Source: Macrostomum hystrix (lineage: Eukaryota > Animalia > Platyhelminthes). Taken from it: 64,000 bases of DNA. The notes under the pieces were generated by a model. It was not told where the DNA came from. It worked only from the letters and a program-made list of their open reading frames with translations, and made no database searches. How positions within the stretch are numbered: position 1 is the first letter of the stretch; every line of letters begins with the position of its first letter. Below, piece after piece: positions 34,107 to 61,329 of this stretch. A program made the translations under genes and the position numbers. The stretch lies in NCBI GenBank assembly GCA_950097015.1, contig CATNEN010000007.1, positions 7,316,001 to 7,380,000 on the forward strand, read 5' to 3'.

Positions 34107-35273
34107 TTAGATGCCTTTGTTTAGACTCATCGATATGATTTTGTACACAGCGAACAGAATTCCAATGGCTAGCAGTGCCGGGATGATGATGGCGGCTGCT
34201 TGACTGCTGGCTGACAGGTAGCTGTTCACATTCTGCTTCATCACTGCCTGCACATCTGGGGTTGTAGTAGCACTTGTGACTGGCGTTGTGTTGTTGCTCA
34301 GAGTTGCTGTTACAGGTGTTGTGGTAACTATGCCAGGCGTTGATGTACCTGCGGTAGTTGTGCCAGTTGTTGATGTACTTGTGCCAGTTGTGCCAGATGT
34401 TGATGTACTTCTGCCAGTTGTGCCAGTTGTTGATGTGCTTGTGCCAGTTGTTGATGTGCTTGTGCCAGTTGTTGATGTACTTGTGCCAGTTGTGCCAGTT
34501 GTTGATGTACTTGTGCCAGTTGTGCCAGATGTTGATTTACTTGTGCCAGTTGTGCCAGTTGTTGATGTGCTTGTGCCAGTTGTGCCAGATGTTGATGTAC
34601 TTGTGCCAGTTGTGCCAGATGTTGATGTACTTGTGCCAGTTGTGCCAGTTGTTGATGTGCTTGTGCCAGTTGTTGATGTGCTTGTGCCAGATGTTGATGT
34701 ACTTGTGCCAGTTGTGCCAGTTGTTGATGTGCTTGTGCCAGTTGTGCCAGATGTTGATGTACTTGTGCCAGTTGTGCCAGTTGTTGATGTGCTTGTGCCA
34801 GTTGTGCCAGATGTTGATGTACTTGTGCCAGTTGTGCCAGTTGTGCCAGTTGTTGATGTACTTGTGCCACTTGTGCCAGATGTTGATGTACTTGTGCCAG
34901 TTGTGCCAGTTGTTGATGTACTTGTGCCAGTTGTGCCAGTTGTTGATGTGCTTGTGCCAGTTGTTGATGTACTTGTGCCAGTTGTGCCAGTTGTTGATGT
35001 ACTTGTGCCAGTTGTTGATGTGCTTGTGCCAGTTGTTGATGTACTTGTGCCAGTTGTGCCAGTTGTTGATGTACTTGTGCCAGTTGTTGATGTGCTTGTG
35101 CCAGGTGTTGATGTGCTTGTGCCCGTTGTGCCAGGTGTTGATGCATATCTATCAGGCGTTGACGGGATTGTTCTGGTTGTGGCTGATTCTGGTTCTGGTT
35201 CTGGTCGAGTCTTTGAAGGCAGCAGCAGCAGCAGCAGCAGCAGTGGTGGCAGAATTCTTAGTAGTGTGCTCAT
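34107..35273 (-). CDS. Mucin-like type I membrane protein (signal peptide, Thr/Ser/Gly repeats, C-terminal TM), 388 aa
   Basis: Hydrophobic N-terminus MSTLLRILPPLLLLLLLLP; about 270 aa of (TTG)TSTS repeats; NNT sequon; TM AAAIIIPALLAIGILFAVY; short tail KIISMSLNKGI. Non-repetitive flanks stay in frame. Confidence 0.75.
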   Translation of the reverse strand: MSTLLRILPPLLLLLLLLPSKTRPEPEPESATTRTIPSTPDRYASTPGTTGTSTSTPGTSTSTTGTSTSTTGTTGTSTSTTGTSTSTTGTSTSTTGTTGTSTSTTGTSTSTTGTTGTSTSTTGTTGTSTSTSGTSGTSTSTTGTTGTTGTSTSTSGTTGTSTSTTGTTGTSTSTSGTTGTSTSTTGTTGTSTSTSGTSTSTTGTSTSTTGTTGTSTSTSGTTGTSTSTSGTTGTSTSTTGTTGTSKSTSGTTGTSTSTTGTTGTSTSTTGTSTSTTGTSTSTTGTTGRSTSTSGTTGTSTSTTGTTTAGTSTPGIVTTTPVTATLSNNTTPVTSATTTPDVQAVMKQNVNSYLSASSQAAAIIIPALLAIGILFAVYKIISMSLNKGI

Positions 35274-35994
35274 GCTGAAACAGATGGCTTGAGGAGACAG
35301 ACGGAGTGTATTTGCAAGCCTTGTGAGCCGCAGCTGCCAGTTTAAATAACGAATTGATCATAGCTAATTGGGCAGAGTGTACTCATGTGAGTCCACTGAT
35401 TCGGTGTCTGAATCGTCAGTTCTGATTATTATTACAAAAGAACAGTGATTAGCTTCAGTGTGTCAGCAGAGCTGCTGGATGGTCAACTGTGAGAGATTGA
35501 GTAATGTAAGCTTTGTGTGCTGGTGGTAAACATCAACTTGCCACTCTGGGATGAGAAATCAACATGTACAAGTACTCATTGTGCAGTCTTCACTCTGTTT
35601 CTATGCACAGTTGCTATGCAAAACAATCAAGCTGTTTGGTCAATCTTGGACTAAGTAATAGTCTTTGTATTGATTTGCTGAGAGACAATGTAATGATTGT
35701 ATTAATAGAGAAAAGCGACAACAAAATAATTTGCTGCTCTATTTTAATTCTGTGGCTGACTTAGCAAGTCTTCAGTCATATTTGTGCTGATTTCGCAAAA
35801 GTAAGACATATATTTAGCGAAATAATACGCAGTGTTCTACTATTAGTAGTATTTACAGAATAACTTTCGCAAATTTACTGGTACCGCAGGGATAACGCAA
35901 CAAAGCAAAGGTTTGGAGCAAATTTGGATATGATAATCAAGGACGCCACACTCATCTACAGGCGAAGCAGTAGAGGAGTGTGTAGCAGTACAGA

Positions 35995-36432
35995 CTAACC
36001 GATGGAGTGACAAGACTACCCGATGGAGTGACAAGACTACCCGATGGAGTGACAAGACCACCCGATGGAGTGAAAAGACTAACCGATTAAGTGACAAGAT
36101 GACCCGATTGAGTGACAAGATGACCCGATTGAGTGACAAGACTACCCGATAGAGTGACAAGACCACCCGATGGAGTGACAAGATGACCCGATTGAGTGAC
36201 AAGACTACCCGATGGAGTGACAAGACTAACCGATGGAGTGACAAGACAACCCAAAAGAGTGACAAGACTACCCGATGGAGTGACAAGATGACCCGATTGA
36301 GTGACAAGATTACCCGATTGAGTGACAAGATTACCCGATGGAGTGACAAGACTACCCGATGGAGTGACAAGACTACCCGATGGAGTGACACGACCACCCG
36401 ATGGAGTGACACGACCACCCGATGGAGTGACA
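35995..36432. repeat. 21-bp minisatellite just downstream of the Hox stop codon
   Basis: Unit cccgatggagtgacaagacta, about 21 copies. Confidence 0.95.
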
Positions 36433-36492
36433 ATACCAATAATGAAATTAAGAACTACGATACATGTATGGCAGACATCCAGCCTGTAATTC

Positions 36493-39124
36493 TCAGCCTA
36501 TTTTCGTTTGCCTGCCGCCGCGTCTTGTCTGAGCTGCTCGCCTTGGCTCGACGACTCCAAAGCGATCAGCATCTTCTTCTTCCTCGGCTCCGTCGTCCTC
36601 TTCGTCGTCCTCCAGCTTGCCGGCCGAGGACAAGTTAATGACGCGAATCTGCTGCTTTTCCTTCTTCAGCTTCATCCGGCGATTCTGGAACCAGATTTTC
36701 ACCTGGCGCTCGGACAGGCCCAGCTGGTTGGAAATCTCAATTCGGCGCCGCCTGTTCAAATAATTGTTGAACTTGAACTCCTTCTCCAGCTCCAGCGTCT
36801 GCTGCCGCGTGTACGTCTGACGGCCGCGCCTGCGGTGCACGGAGTTCGGGCCTGGAGCATCCGCGACAGCAGGGGAGGTCAGTGATGTGATTTTACTGTT
36901 TTTGACATTATTTTAGATTGTAATGAACTGAGGCCCTGAATGTCCGAGTTTGGAGTAATGAACTGAGGCCCTGAAATGAATCTGAGGCCCTGAAGGTCTG
37001 GGATTGGAGTAGTGAACTGAGGCCCTGAAGGTCTGGGATTGGAGTAGTGAACTGAGGCCCTGAAGGTCTGGGATTGGAGTAATAAAATGGGGCCCTGAAG
37101 GCCTGGGATCATGCACAAAACTGTCCGAGTGACAAAAGTTTGCCTTCTTAGCCCCAAAGGAGTTTATTGGCTTTGCTATTTTGAACTAGAAACAGGGACA
37201 CAGCCAGACTGCTGTGCTGTCCGCATTTTAATGCGAAGACAACAAGACTCGAGACACCCACCCTCGGCCCTGAGTTCTGCATGGGTGGCACACTTACCCG
37301 ACAGCAACTGCATGGGGCTGGCACAGTACCGCGGGAACTTCATTAAGGCGGAATGAAATTAGCGCACGTTGAGAGCAGTGCGGCAAAACTATAGGGTACC
37401 GATCTCATTTCTCTAAGTAATAAGTTATGAGTGTACAGGCATACAGTCACATTATACACGGCACAATAGTCATACGTATAGTAACAGATCTGGTTCACAA
37501 GCAGCAGGTGATTCTAGCATCTAGCATCAGATCTAGCTCAGATCCTGATATTTCAAGTCGATCTAGCATCAGATCTAGCTCAGATCCTGATATTTCAAGT
37601 CGATCTAGCATCAGATCTAGCTCAGATCCTGATATTTCAAGTCGATCTAGCTCAGATCCTGATATTTCAGGTTTGATCTAGCATCAGATCTAGCTCAGAT
37701 CCTGATATTTCAGGTTTGATCTAGCATCAGATCTAGCTCAGATCCTGATATTTCAGGTTTGATCTAGCATCAGATCTAGCTCAGATCCTGATATTTCAAG
37801 TCGATCTAGCAGTACTATTTACACGCGCGGAATGAAGAATGGTAATCAGGGGGAAAGGCGGAAGAGGGACCTGGTGTTAATAGCGGTGAATAAAGGTGAG
37901 AATTGGAGAGATTTCACGTGATTTATGCCGGAAAGAATGACCACCGAGCCGCCCGGACCATCTGTCCCGGACCTCTGCAGTCCTTGCTGCAATGGGGTTG
38001 GGTGACTGCAGACAATTTCGCTTCACTGGTCCCTGACAAATGCTCCCCGACTGTTGAAATGCTGGTCGCAAGCTGAATTGACTGAGAAAAGTGATTTTAA
38101 CACTTTAGGGCACAAATGCGAATTAGGAAATTCGTTGATTAATTGATTTCTTTATTCTGCAGAGGGATTTCCAGGACAGGATAGGAAAAGCTGAAGGTTG
38201 AAAGCAAATAAAAACAAAGATAACTAACTTGAACAATTTGAACAGAAATCACTGCTCAAACTGCTAGCACTCTCTGCTGAACTTTGAGTACAGCAAAATG
38301 CTGTACCCGTTTTGCAGCTAGGTGAACTGACATTGTTGGCGGATAATCGAACCCCCGACCTCTCGGTAGGATACACAAGCTACCAAGAATTTGAGCACTG
38401 CTCTGCACTCACCAATAACAGTCATCCAAGGCCACAGCTTGGCGGTGTCAATTGATCGGCCTGTCTCGTCGACCGCAGCCGCTGCGGCTGCAGCAACAGC
38501 GGCGGCAGCGGCGGCGGCGTCTGCGGCGGCTTCTTCTTCGTCATTTTCGCCATCGTCCTCGTTGTCAATGTCGACATCGTAGTTTCCGTCGACGTCGGCG
38601 GCGGCCGCGGCTACGGCGGCCACAGCAGTCAGGCCACCGCGAACCCGATGCTGCAAGCTGCGCACCGCGGCGTCCATCTGCAGCAGCTCCGAGCTTGTCG
38701 CCGATCCCGGCGTCGTGCAGACGCCGCCGCCTGCGCTGAAGTAGCTGGCTGCAACCGCGGCACCGGCTGCGACCGCAGCTGCGGCGGCTGACTGGGCCGA
38801 TGAGAACCGCTCGCTCCAGGGATCCATGTGACGGCGCCGGTACAAATCCAGGTCCGAGTACTGCTGCTGCTGCATCCGCTGCTGCTGCTGTTGATGATGA
38901 TGATGATGATGATGGTGATGCTCGTGCAGATGATCATGGGACAGCTGATGAGTCGGGTGATGCTGCTCAAGCTGATAGTTGGTCAGGGGATGATAGGACA
39001 GACCCTCCGGCTGGTGCGGCGGAGTGACTGTGGCGGCGGCCACCGCTGCAGCTGCGCTGAACGCCTCCGGCTCGACTGCGGCCGTGGCGTCTTGTAGCAC
39101 GCCGCCCAGGCTGAAGTAGTTCAT
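36493..39124 (-). CDS. Central-class Hox gene with UbdA peptide (Lox2/Lox4-like), 2 exons, 356 aa
   Basis: Exon 1 39124-38413 (MNYF start, poly-H/Q/A, hexapeptide LWPWM) with donor GTGAGT. Acceptor gctccag, then exon 2 36851-36493: [73 protein letters not shown]. Phase-1 join. Confidence 0.93.
36925..37105. repeat. 35-bp minisatellite in the Hox intron
   Basis: Unit gaactgaggccctgaaggtctgggattggagtagt. Confidence 0.9.
37515..37810. repeat. 42-bp minisatellite in the Hox intron
   Basis: Unit gatctagcatcagatctagctcagatcctgatatttcaagtc, about 7 copies. Confidence 0.93.
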
Positions 39125-39878
39125 GCTGGCAGGCTGGAGTGCTCACTGTGCTCAACTTCAACTTCAAATTCAACTTCAGACTGAGAGCCGGAGTTAAGAG
39201 CTGGCTGAGATCTTGGTAACGCAGGAATTCAGATGATTTAGGCCTGCATGGGTGGCCCTGGGGTGGCTGCTGGGGCAGAGCGAGCAGCGGCCGCTCAGCC
39301 AATGGGAGCGGGGCGCGCGATTGAGACGCTCGATGCGCGGTTTGAGCGAATTGTCGATCCCCAAACAGAAACAACATGGGCTGCTGTCCCGCGTGTGCTT
39401 TTTATCCCAGTAACTGCATGCAATTTTACTAGTTCCATTGCTTTGTTTCAGATAGATGTTTTAACAGTAGAAATACCACTATTTTCTCCCCTGTGGACAG
39501 ACCTCGGGATATTTCAAATACCCGCTGCCTGCTTCACGACAGCTCCCAAACCGAATGACCGATTTTCGTGAAAGTCCACCATCTGAATCTAAATTTTCCA
39601 CACTGCACGATGAACTGATATAGAACCTATTAGGCGAATGCCATTAGCAAGCCAGGCGAACTCTACTGTAGAAACTCGCAAAAGACGATCATCCAGTAAG
39701 ATAGTTTGAAATTCATTTGCTAGAAATTATCAAATGATTCACCGTGCAGTTTGTAACAAGAATACGTGAGCTTCACACAAGCAATAAAACAACATGTTTG
39801 ACTAAACTGAATTGATTAACATGGCCTTGCTTTCTTTGTTGAAGCCATTGTCTTTGCCAGGCTTCGGGTTAACGCAGA

Positions 39879-39888
39879 CCATAAATCA
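39879..39888 (-). promoter_or_regulatory. Candidate PBX/Exd-Hox composite site TGATTTATGG about 750 bp upstream of the Hox ATG
   Basis: + strand ccataaatca is TGATTTATGG on the - strand, an exact match to the central-class PBC-Hox consensus. Confidence 0.35.
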
Positions 39889-40489
39889 GTCTGGTCTGTC
39901 CCTGCTCAAAGTGATCTCAAGCCCCTGAGATCCTTATCAGGCAGTCGAGGAGTGGGGATAGACTCGCCTCAGGCGGGTCGCAGCTCGCACAGTTGCAGTT
40001 GGGGGTTTTGCTTGGCTGGGCAGCATTTGACATGCGGGGCATAAATATTTGACTCTCACCCGGATGGGAGGGATAGGGGAGGGGGCGGGGAGAGCAGGCC
40101 GCAAACACAATAAATTACTCGGCGGCCAAAGCCTCATCGACTCGGCTATACTCAGAGGATCTCTCTTTCTTCTGATTCTCTCTGCTTTCTCGGAGGCTGT
40201 GGGTGGCCTCCTTATCAGTGGAGCCGGCGCGGGCATGTATACGACCCCCACACCCAGCGCCAGGGTGAAAATGCTGTAAATCAGGGAATTTTCGTCGAAT
40301 TTAGACTATGCTAGTGTTGGAACTTAATCAGACTTCTGCTTTCCGCTGCCTTGGGTTCCCGGGTTGACCATCCCGAGTGCTCAAAGATGAGGAGCTTAGG
40401 CTGCCGTTGCATGTTGAGTTTAAACCATGGAACAATCACAGTTGCTTCTTGTGGATTGGGGATCGGGAGAGGCGTTTTTGTATTGTAGA

Positions 40490-40868
40490 AGTTAAGATAT
40501 TTGGGAAGATTAGGGATTTGGGAAGTTTTGGGGTTTGGGAAGTTTAGGAATTTGGGAAGTTTAGGGATTTGGGAAGTTTTGGGATTTGAGAGTTTTAGGA
40601 CCTTGGAAAGTTTAGGACTTTTCGAAGTTAAGGACATTGGGGAGTTTAGGAATTTCGGAAGTTTAGGGATTTGAGAAGTTTAGGAATTTGGGGAAGTTTA
40701 GGAATTTGGCAAGTTTAGGAATTTGGGGAAGTTTAGGGATTTGGGAAGTTTTGGGATTTGAGAGTTTTAGGACCTTGGAAAGTTTAGGACTTTTCGAAGT
40801 TAAGGACATTGGGGAGTTTAGGAATTTCGGAAGTTTAGGGATTTGAGAAGTTTAGGAAGCTTAGGAAA
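40490..40868. repeat. Degenerate G-rich repeat (tttgggaagtttaggga-like) with a higher-order duplication about 180 bp apart
   Basis: Variable 18-19 bp units; about 40555-40685 recurs at about 40735-40858. Confidence 0.85.
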
Positions 40869-41501
40869 TGTGCTGAAGTTGTGGCTTTAGTTTCAGCAGC
40901 AGGTAATTACAGAGTAAAAAGCTCTATTTGACTCCAGTGTTCAAGAACAACATTTAAAAGCTAGAAAAGTGAAATAAAAGCGATTGCCAAAATAATTTCG
41001 AAGTCGCACACCGTAGTTTTTGGGGGCCGACTGAATTTCTAATTAAGTTAGTGAGCTCAGCTCTGTGCTACATTAGGCTATCTTGAGTCCACTGGAATCG
41101 CACTTCTAAGTGCATGCGATGAGCGTTGAAGACGATTAACTAAGAATTAATGAGCATTCGAAATGAGCCGAATTTGCGACAAAACAAAAAACTGCATTTC
41201 ATATGCGCGCGCAGGCGTCTCTGATTCTGGCTCAGCCAGCCAGTCGTGCTGCTTGATTGTAATAAATTATGCTAATTTTCTGTGAATGAAAGTTGGATGC
41301 TCGTCTTTGAGTTCGACTGCATCTTTTGGTGAGCTTGGAGACCGCTGAACATTGGGTGGACCAGGCACTTTCAGGCATGGATAAAGGCACTTTCTAAAAA
41401 CTTTTGTAAATACAGTCCAAGATATAAAAAAATATGTTATTTATTCGATTTTTAAATGCATATCTCCGTTAATTCTATAGGTCTTCACTTCAACCTCATT
41501 C

Positions 41502-42142
41502 ATCCTCTGTCACTCTCACTTTGATCCTCCGCCACTCCTACTCCAATCCTCTGTCACTCCTACTCCAATCCTCTGTCACTCCTACTCCAATCCTCTGTCA
41601 CTCCTACTCCAATCATCTGTCACTCCTACTCCAATCCTCTGTCACTCCTACTCCAATCCTCTGTCACTCCTACTCCAATCCTCTGTCACTCCTACTCCAA
41701 TCCTCTGTCACTCCTACTCCAATCCTCTGTCACTCTCACTCCAATTCTCTGTCACTCTCACTCCAATCCTCTGTCACTCTCACTGCAATCCTCTGTCACT
41801 CTCACTCCAATCCTCTGTCACTCCTACTCCAATCCTCTGTCACTCTCACTCCAATCCTCTGTCACTCTCACTCCAATCCTCTGTCACTCTCACTGCAATC
41901 CTCTGTCACTCTCACTCCAATCCTCTGTCACTCCTACTCCAATCCTCTGTCACTCTCACTGCAATCCTCTGTCACTCTCACTCCAATCCTCTGTCACTCT
42001 CACTCCAATCCTCTGTCACTCTCACTCCAATCCTCTGTCACTCCTACTCCAATCCTCTGTCACTCTCACTCCAATCCTCTGTCACTCTCACTCCAATCCT
42101 CTGTCACTCCTACTCCAATCATCTGTCACTCTCACTCCAATT
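41502..42142. repeat. 22-bp pyrimidine-rich minisatellite
   Basis: Units ctccaatcctctgtcactccta and ctccaatcctctgtcactctca. Confidence 0.95.
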
Positions 42143-42676
42143 CTCAATAACCGATTCATAGGTTACCCCTTTCATACAACTGCTACGAAAAACAGTCACA
42201 AGACTGCTTTCAACAGCTCATCTGCTCCCCATTGATTTATGAGGTAATTTCATTTTCTATTTAAAATTCGTTTTTTCTCCGGAAGTCCGGTCTTCAAAAA
42301 GGCGCTGTTTTTCTAGATTCGCACCTTCCAGACAGAGTCGGGTAGGATTTACGCGCTTCCTCTTCCTTCACCTTCCCATATTCAGTTTTGCAAGTTGAGC
42401 GGCACTGATTCCTGGTCCCGGACAACTCTTGTTTTCCCCTCTTTCCCTCCCCTCTTCACTTCCTCATTTCTATAGCAGTCAGAGAGAAGATTTTGGCAAA
42501 GAAGCGGAGCAGCCCAAGAAAGGCATGATCTATGGTGTCCGGACAGAGCGGAGCAGAGTGTGAAACGGAAGAAAAAATAAATAACTTGCCTCTTTTAGTT
42601 AGCAAACTAATCAAAGTTAACTTAAGCATTCATCGAGCCAAAAACAGCACTCGATAAGCAATAAAAGGAACTCGGG

Positions 42677-42696
42677 AGATAGATAGATAGATAGAC

Positions 42697-42736
<40 letters not shown>

Positions 42737-42737
42737 G

Positions 42738-42769
<32 letters not shown>

Positions 42770-42794
42770 TATAGATAGATAGATAGATAGATAT

Positions 42795-42831
<37 letters not shown>

Positions 42832-42832
42832 C

Positions 42833-42879
<47 letters not shown>

Positions 42880-42928
42880 CAGATAGATAGATAGATAGAT
42901 AGATATAGATAGATAGATAGATAGATAT

Positions 42929-42969
<41 letters not shown>

Positions 42970-43033
42970 CAGATAGATAGATAGATAGATAGACAGATAG
43001 ATAGATAGATAGAAAGATATAGATAGATAGACA
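42677..43033. repeat. (GATA)n microsatellite
   Basis: About 355 bp of gata with occasional gaca/tata variants. Confidence 0.98.
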
Positions 43034-43347
43034 GAGAAATGTATTGAAAATATTGCAATATTGAACCAACTGCAACAGTGGCAAACTGCCAGTGCCTCGT
43101 GACTCAGACTGCACTTTAAAACTCGCACAGCGCGTGAAGTGGGGGCGCTTGTGCTGTCGCGGCCAAAGCTGCGATATTACACTGAGCGATAAGAGAACGC
43201 AGATTACTCTCAGACCTGCGGCAGCTGGTACACCTTGGCAATATCCACCTGGACAATCGGCCATACAGGTATAACACGGCTAGCACTGTCTAAACTATAA
43301 TCAGAATTATTTTGAGTCTAGCAGCGGATTAGCTCTCAGCGATTCCA

Positions 43348-44111
43348 ATGAGATCAGCGAAGACTCCGACTCAATGTGCGGGCACTCACTCTCAGCTGGG
43401 CCGCGGCAACGCAGGCAGAACCCGCACAGGCAGGCGTAAGTCACTCAGTCTATCACCATCAATCACCTCCCTGATCCCTCACATCTCTGATCCCTCACCT
43501 CCCTGATCCCTCACCTCCCTGATCTCTCACATCCCTGATCCCTCACCTCCCTGATCCCTCGCCTCCCTGATCCCTCACATCCCTGATCCCTCACCTCCCT
43601 GATCCCTCGCCTCCCTGATCCCTCACCTCCCTGATCCCTCACCTCCCTGATCCCTCACCTCCCTGATCCCTCACCTCCCTGATCCCTCACCACCCTGATC
43701 CCTGACAATCGAGCAGATATTAAACGGTCTGCGGCCGGCCGCCGAATGGGGCATTTCTCCGCCCTGCTGTTGCTGCGCAGTCAGGCTTCCGATTCGCCAG
43801 CAGCGTCTGCTTCCGCGTCGAACCCGGTGTCGGTTGGGGCAAAGCCTCCGCCGGCTGGCCGGTGCGAGTTCAGCGCGGCTCTCCTGGCCTCTCTGCTTCT
43901 GACACTTGGCTCAGCCTGCGGGCTGGCTGTGTGTATCCTGTACGCCAGAGACACCGTCGGCCTCCTGGCTCTGCTGTCCATCTCGCTGGCGGTGTCAGCA
44001 CTCGGTTCATGCTGGATGCTCTGCAGCAGAATCTTCAGCCAACAGAAGCAATCGCAGATTAACGACGTGGAAATGCAGCAGTCTCCGCCGCCTTATTCTA
44101 TAGCAGTCTGA
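43348..44111 (+). CDS. Small two-TM protein with C-terminal PPxY motif, putative 2 exons
   Basis: Exon 1 43348-43435 with donor GTAAGT; intron filled by a 16-bp repeat; acceptor gagcag; exon 2 43717-44111 joins in frame (phase 1). Two hydrophobic stretches (FSAALLASLLLTLGSACGLAVCILY; VGLLALLSISLAVSALGSCWMLC) and the ending SPPPYSIAV*. Confidence 0.55.
43465..43703. repeat. 16-bp minisatellite
   Basis: Unit ccctgatccctcacct. Confidence 0.95.
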
Positions 44112-44460
44112 GATCCAAAAAACAAAGCTTACTAGTAGTAGCATTTAAGATAAAGTCACGACAACAGTTGGCAATAATTAAACTGAGGAAATAAAGATTG
44201 CACATAGTCTTTATTGAAATGGTCGGCAGGCAGAGATATTGATATGATACCTTCGATCATTAACGCGGTACCAGTTAAACAATCCCACACAGGATCTCAG
44301 GATCCTGTTTGTCGAGAGGCCAAAACCACTTATATGATTCTTAAAGCATGTTTGATATTACGTACACTTTATTTACAGTATATCCTGTCATTTTTAAATC
44401 GCCCGCAAAATTGTTTTTCATCACACACATCAAAGTACTTCGCGATTGTTAAACAAATGT

Positions 44461-44703
44461 TTTTTTCCCTAAGAAGGCTCGCCAGCGACTAGGCAATTCT
44501 GTCCATTCCGTTGTCTCCTAAGCACACACGCACACAGATGCCTTGGAGGTTTTGCCCCTTTAAGTGGCGTAAATTGCACGACAAGCCCCCCACGCCTTTT
44601 CTCCGCGGCTGCACGCCGAATAAATGCGGCCTCGCCGCGGAATCGAACCCAGAGACCTTAGAAGGAGAGGCAAACGCGTGAGACCGTTCTGCCACTCAAC
44701 CCC
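44461..44703 (-). mobile_element. tRNA-derived SINE-like element
   Basis: - strand GGGGTTGAG-TGGCAGAACGG (A box)...GGTTCGATTCC (B box) at tRNA spacing, but acceptor and anticodon stems do not pair. An about 170-nt body follows, ending in an A run. Confidence 0.65.
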
Positions 44704-46373
44704 TTTGTCCCTTTTTGGAGAGGGATTGATTATTGATGGATTAAAAAGTACAAAAATACATGCCGATAGTAATTATTGGTACTATTATCATTACTAATTG
44801 TGCACTTAATAGTGCTTATTTTTTAAAGATATTTTACATCTGAATTTTTTCAACGCCCGGATTCAATCAAAAGCGTTGTTGCTCGCTTATTGTTTCGCAG
44901 TGATATGAACCACAATTTTCTGCGAAACGAGTTTTTACTATTTGATAACATTAACACTCTTCGTAACTGTAATCATATGCGGTAACGACGTTAATTCGCA
45001 GAACACCGTGAACAGTCGTGCTTGTTAGTCTGGCTTAGTTTGTGTTCGATAATTTGTTTATATACTTTTTGGCTTGGCAAATTTTATACTTTAGTGCTTC
45101 AGCCTTCGGACCGATTCTAAAACTTTTTAATTAGCCACAGTAATGAGTTATATATATGTCTTTTGTCTCTCGAAATACATATACATTGTTCTTAATTTTG
45201 ATAACTATAACTATAAGTGATGACTAGCACACTGCTAAATAAACACATCCAGTTAAACACCTTCTAAAGTAATTAACTTAAATTTTGACCAGCCAATTCC
45301 CTAATTGTCTAACAAAGCTGAAAGAAAATGCTTTTTCTGTCTATCCTAGCACATTATCATATAAAACTGTATTTTATTACTGAGAAGTTAAAAAGTGTTG
45401 GCCATTTTATAACATTTTTATCTAGTAAGTTTTTTACCATGATACTATTAGTTAATATAGCTATTTTTGTAATAGCAATATTGCATAGGTTTTGATTGTA
45501 TACTTAATGCTATAGAGTTGCATAAATATTTACAACTATTCTCCACTTGATCTTTTTAGACAAAAGGAAAAAAAGCATTTTATTAGGTTAATATTTTCAA
45601 GCTGTTTAACTTAAAACATTTCTAGCTAGTACTAGCAATAGCTAGGCCATTGGTTAAAATTATTTGATCTGCTTTACTAGTACTAGGCCCTAATACTAGT
45701 TACAGTTGGTTAAATACTTAGGCCTATTTAGTTATATTTCTTTATTTAGTTGTCTATGGTTTGGTTATGGGGTTTAGGAAAAAAGGAAAGAATCATTATA
45801 ATTGTCAGACTTTCTTTTCTGACAATGTTTTGTCTATCTTTTTGTATATTTTTCAAACTAGTCACTTAGACAAAGTAGTCAAGAATTAGCCACAAAAGGA
45901 TTTTTTGCATTTTTTTATTGAGATAATAAGTTTTCAAATACCAATTAGATATTATTTGTACAAATGTTAATGCAATACAAATAAGAAGACAGATTTACAC
46001 TTTTGGTATATTGGCTTTGTAACAAACTATGCTTTAGGTTGGATATTAACTGAATAGGCTAAGAATTTTTTGTATTTATAGCAATATTTACCATTTTTAT
46101 TACACTCTGCCTCATAAAAACAGTATAAATATAAAGGGATTAGCTAACTGAATAGGGGCCTATGTTAAGAACAGTGCATAAATGTTGTTGTATATACCCT
46201 CACAATTTTTGTAGATTTTCCGATAGGAAGCATTGTGCAATATAGAAAAATATGTGCCTTTAAAATTAGTATACTCCTTATATACATGGCGATGTGCTTT
46301 CTTCAGATATTGGCCCAACTTCAAAGATCTAACAACTGACAGTGACGTAATCTGTTGCTGCCCCATCTGCGCC

Positions 46374-61329
<14,956 letters not shown>

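Noticed and set aside
40490-40868. Interstitial telomere
   Set aside because: Only scattered TTAGGG/TTAGG within a longer degenerate unit; no tandem hexamer run.
44630-44703. Functional tRNA gene
   Set aside because: Acceptor and anticodon stems do not pair and there is no immediate T-run terminator; better explained as a SINE head.
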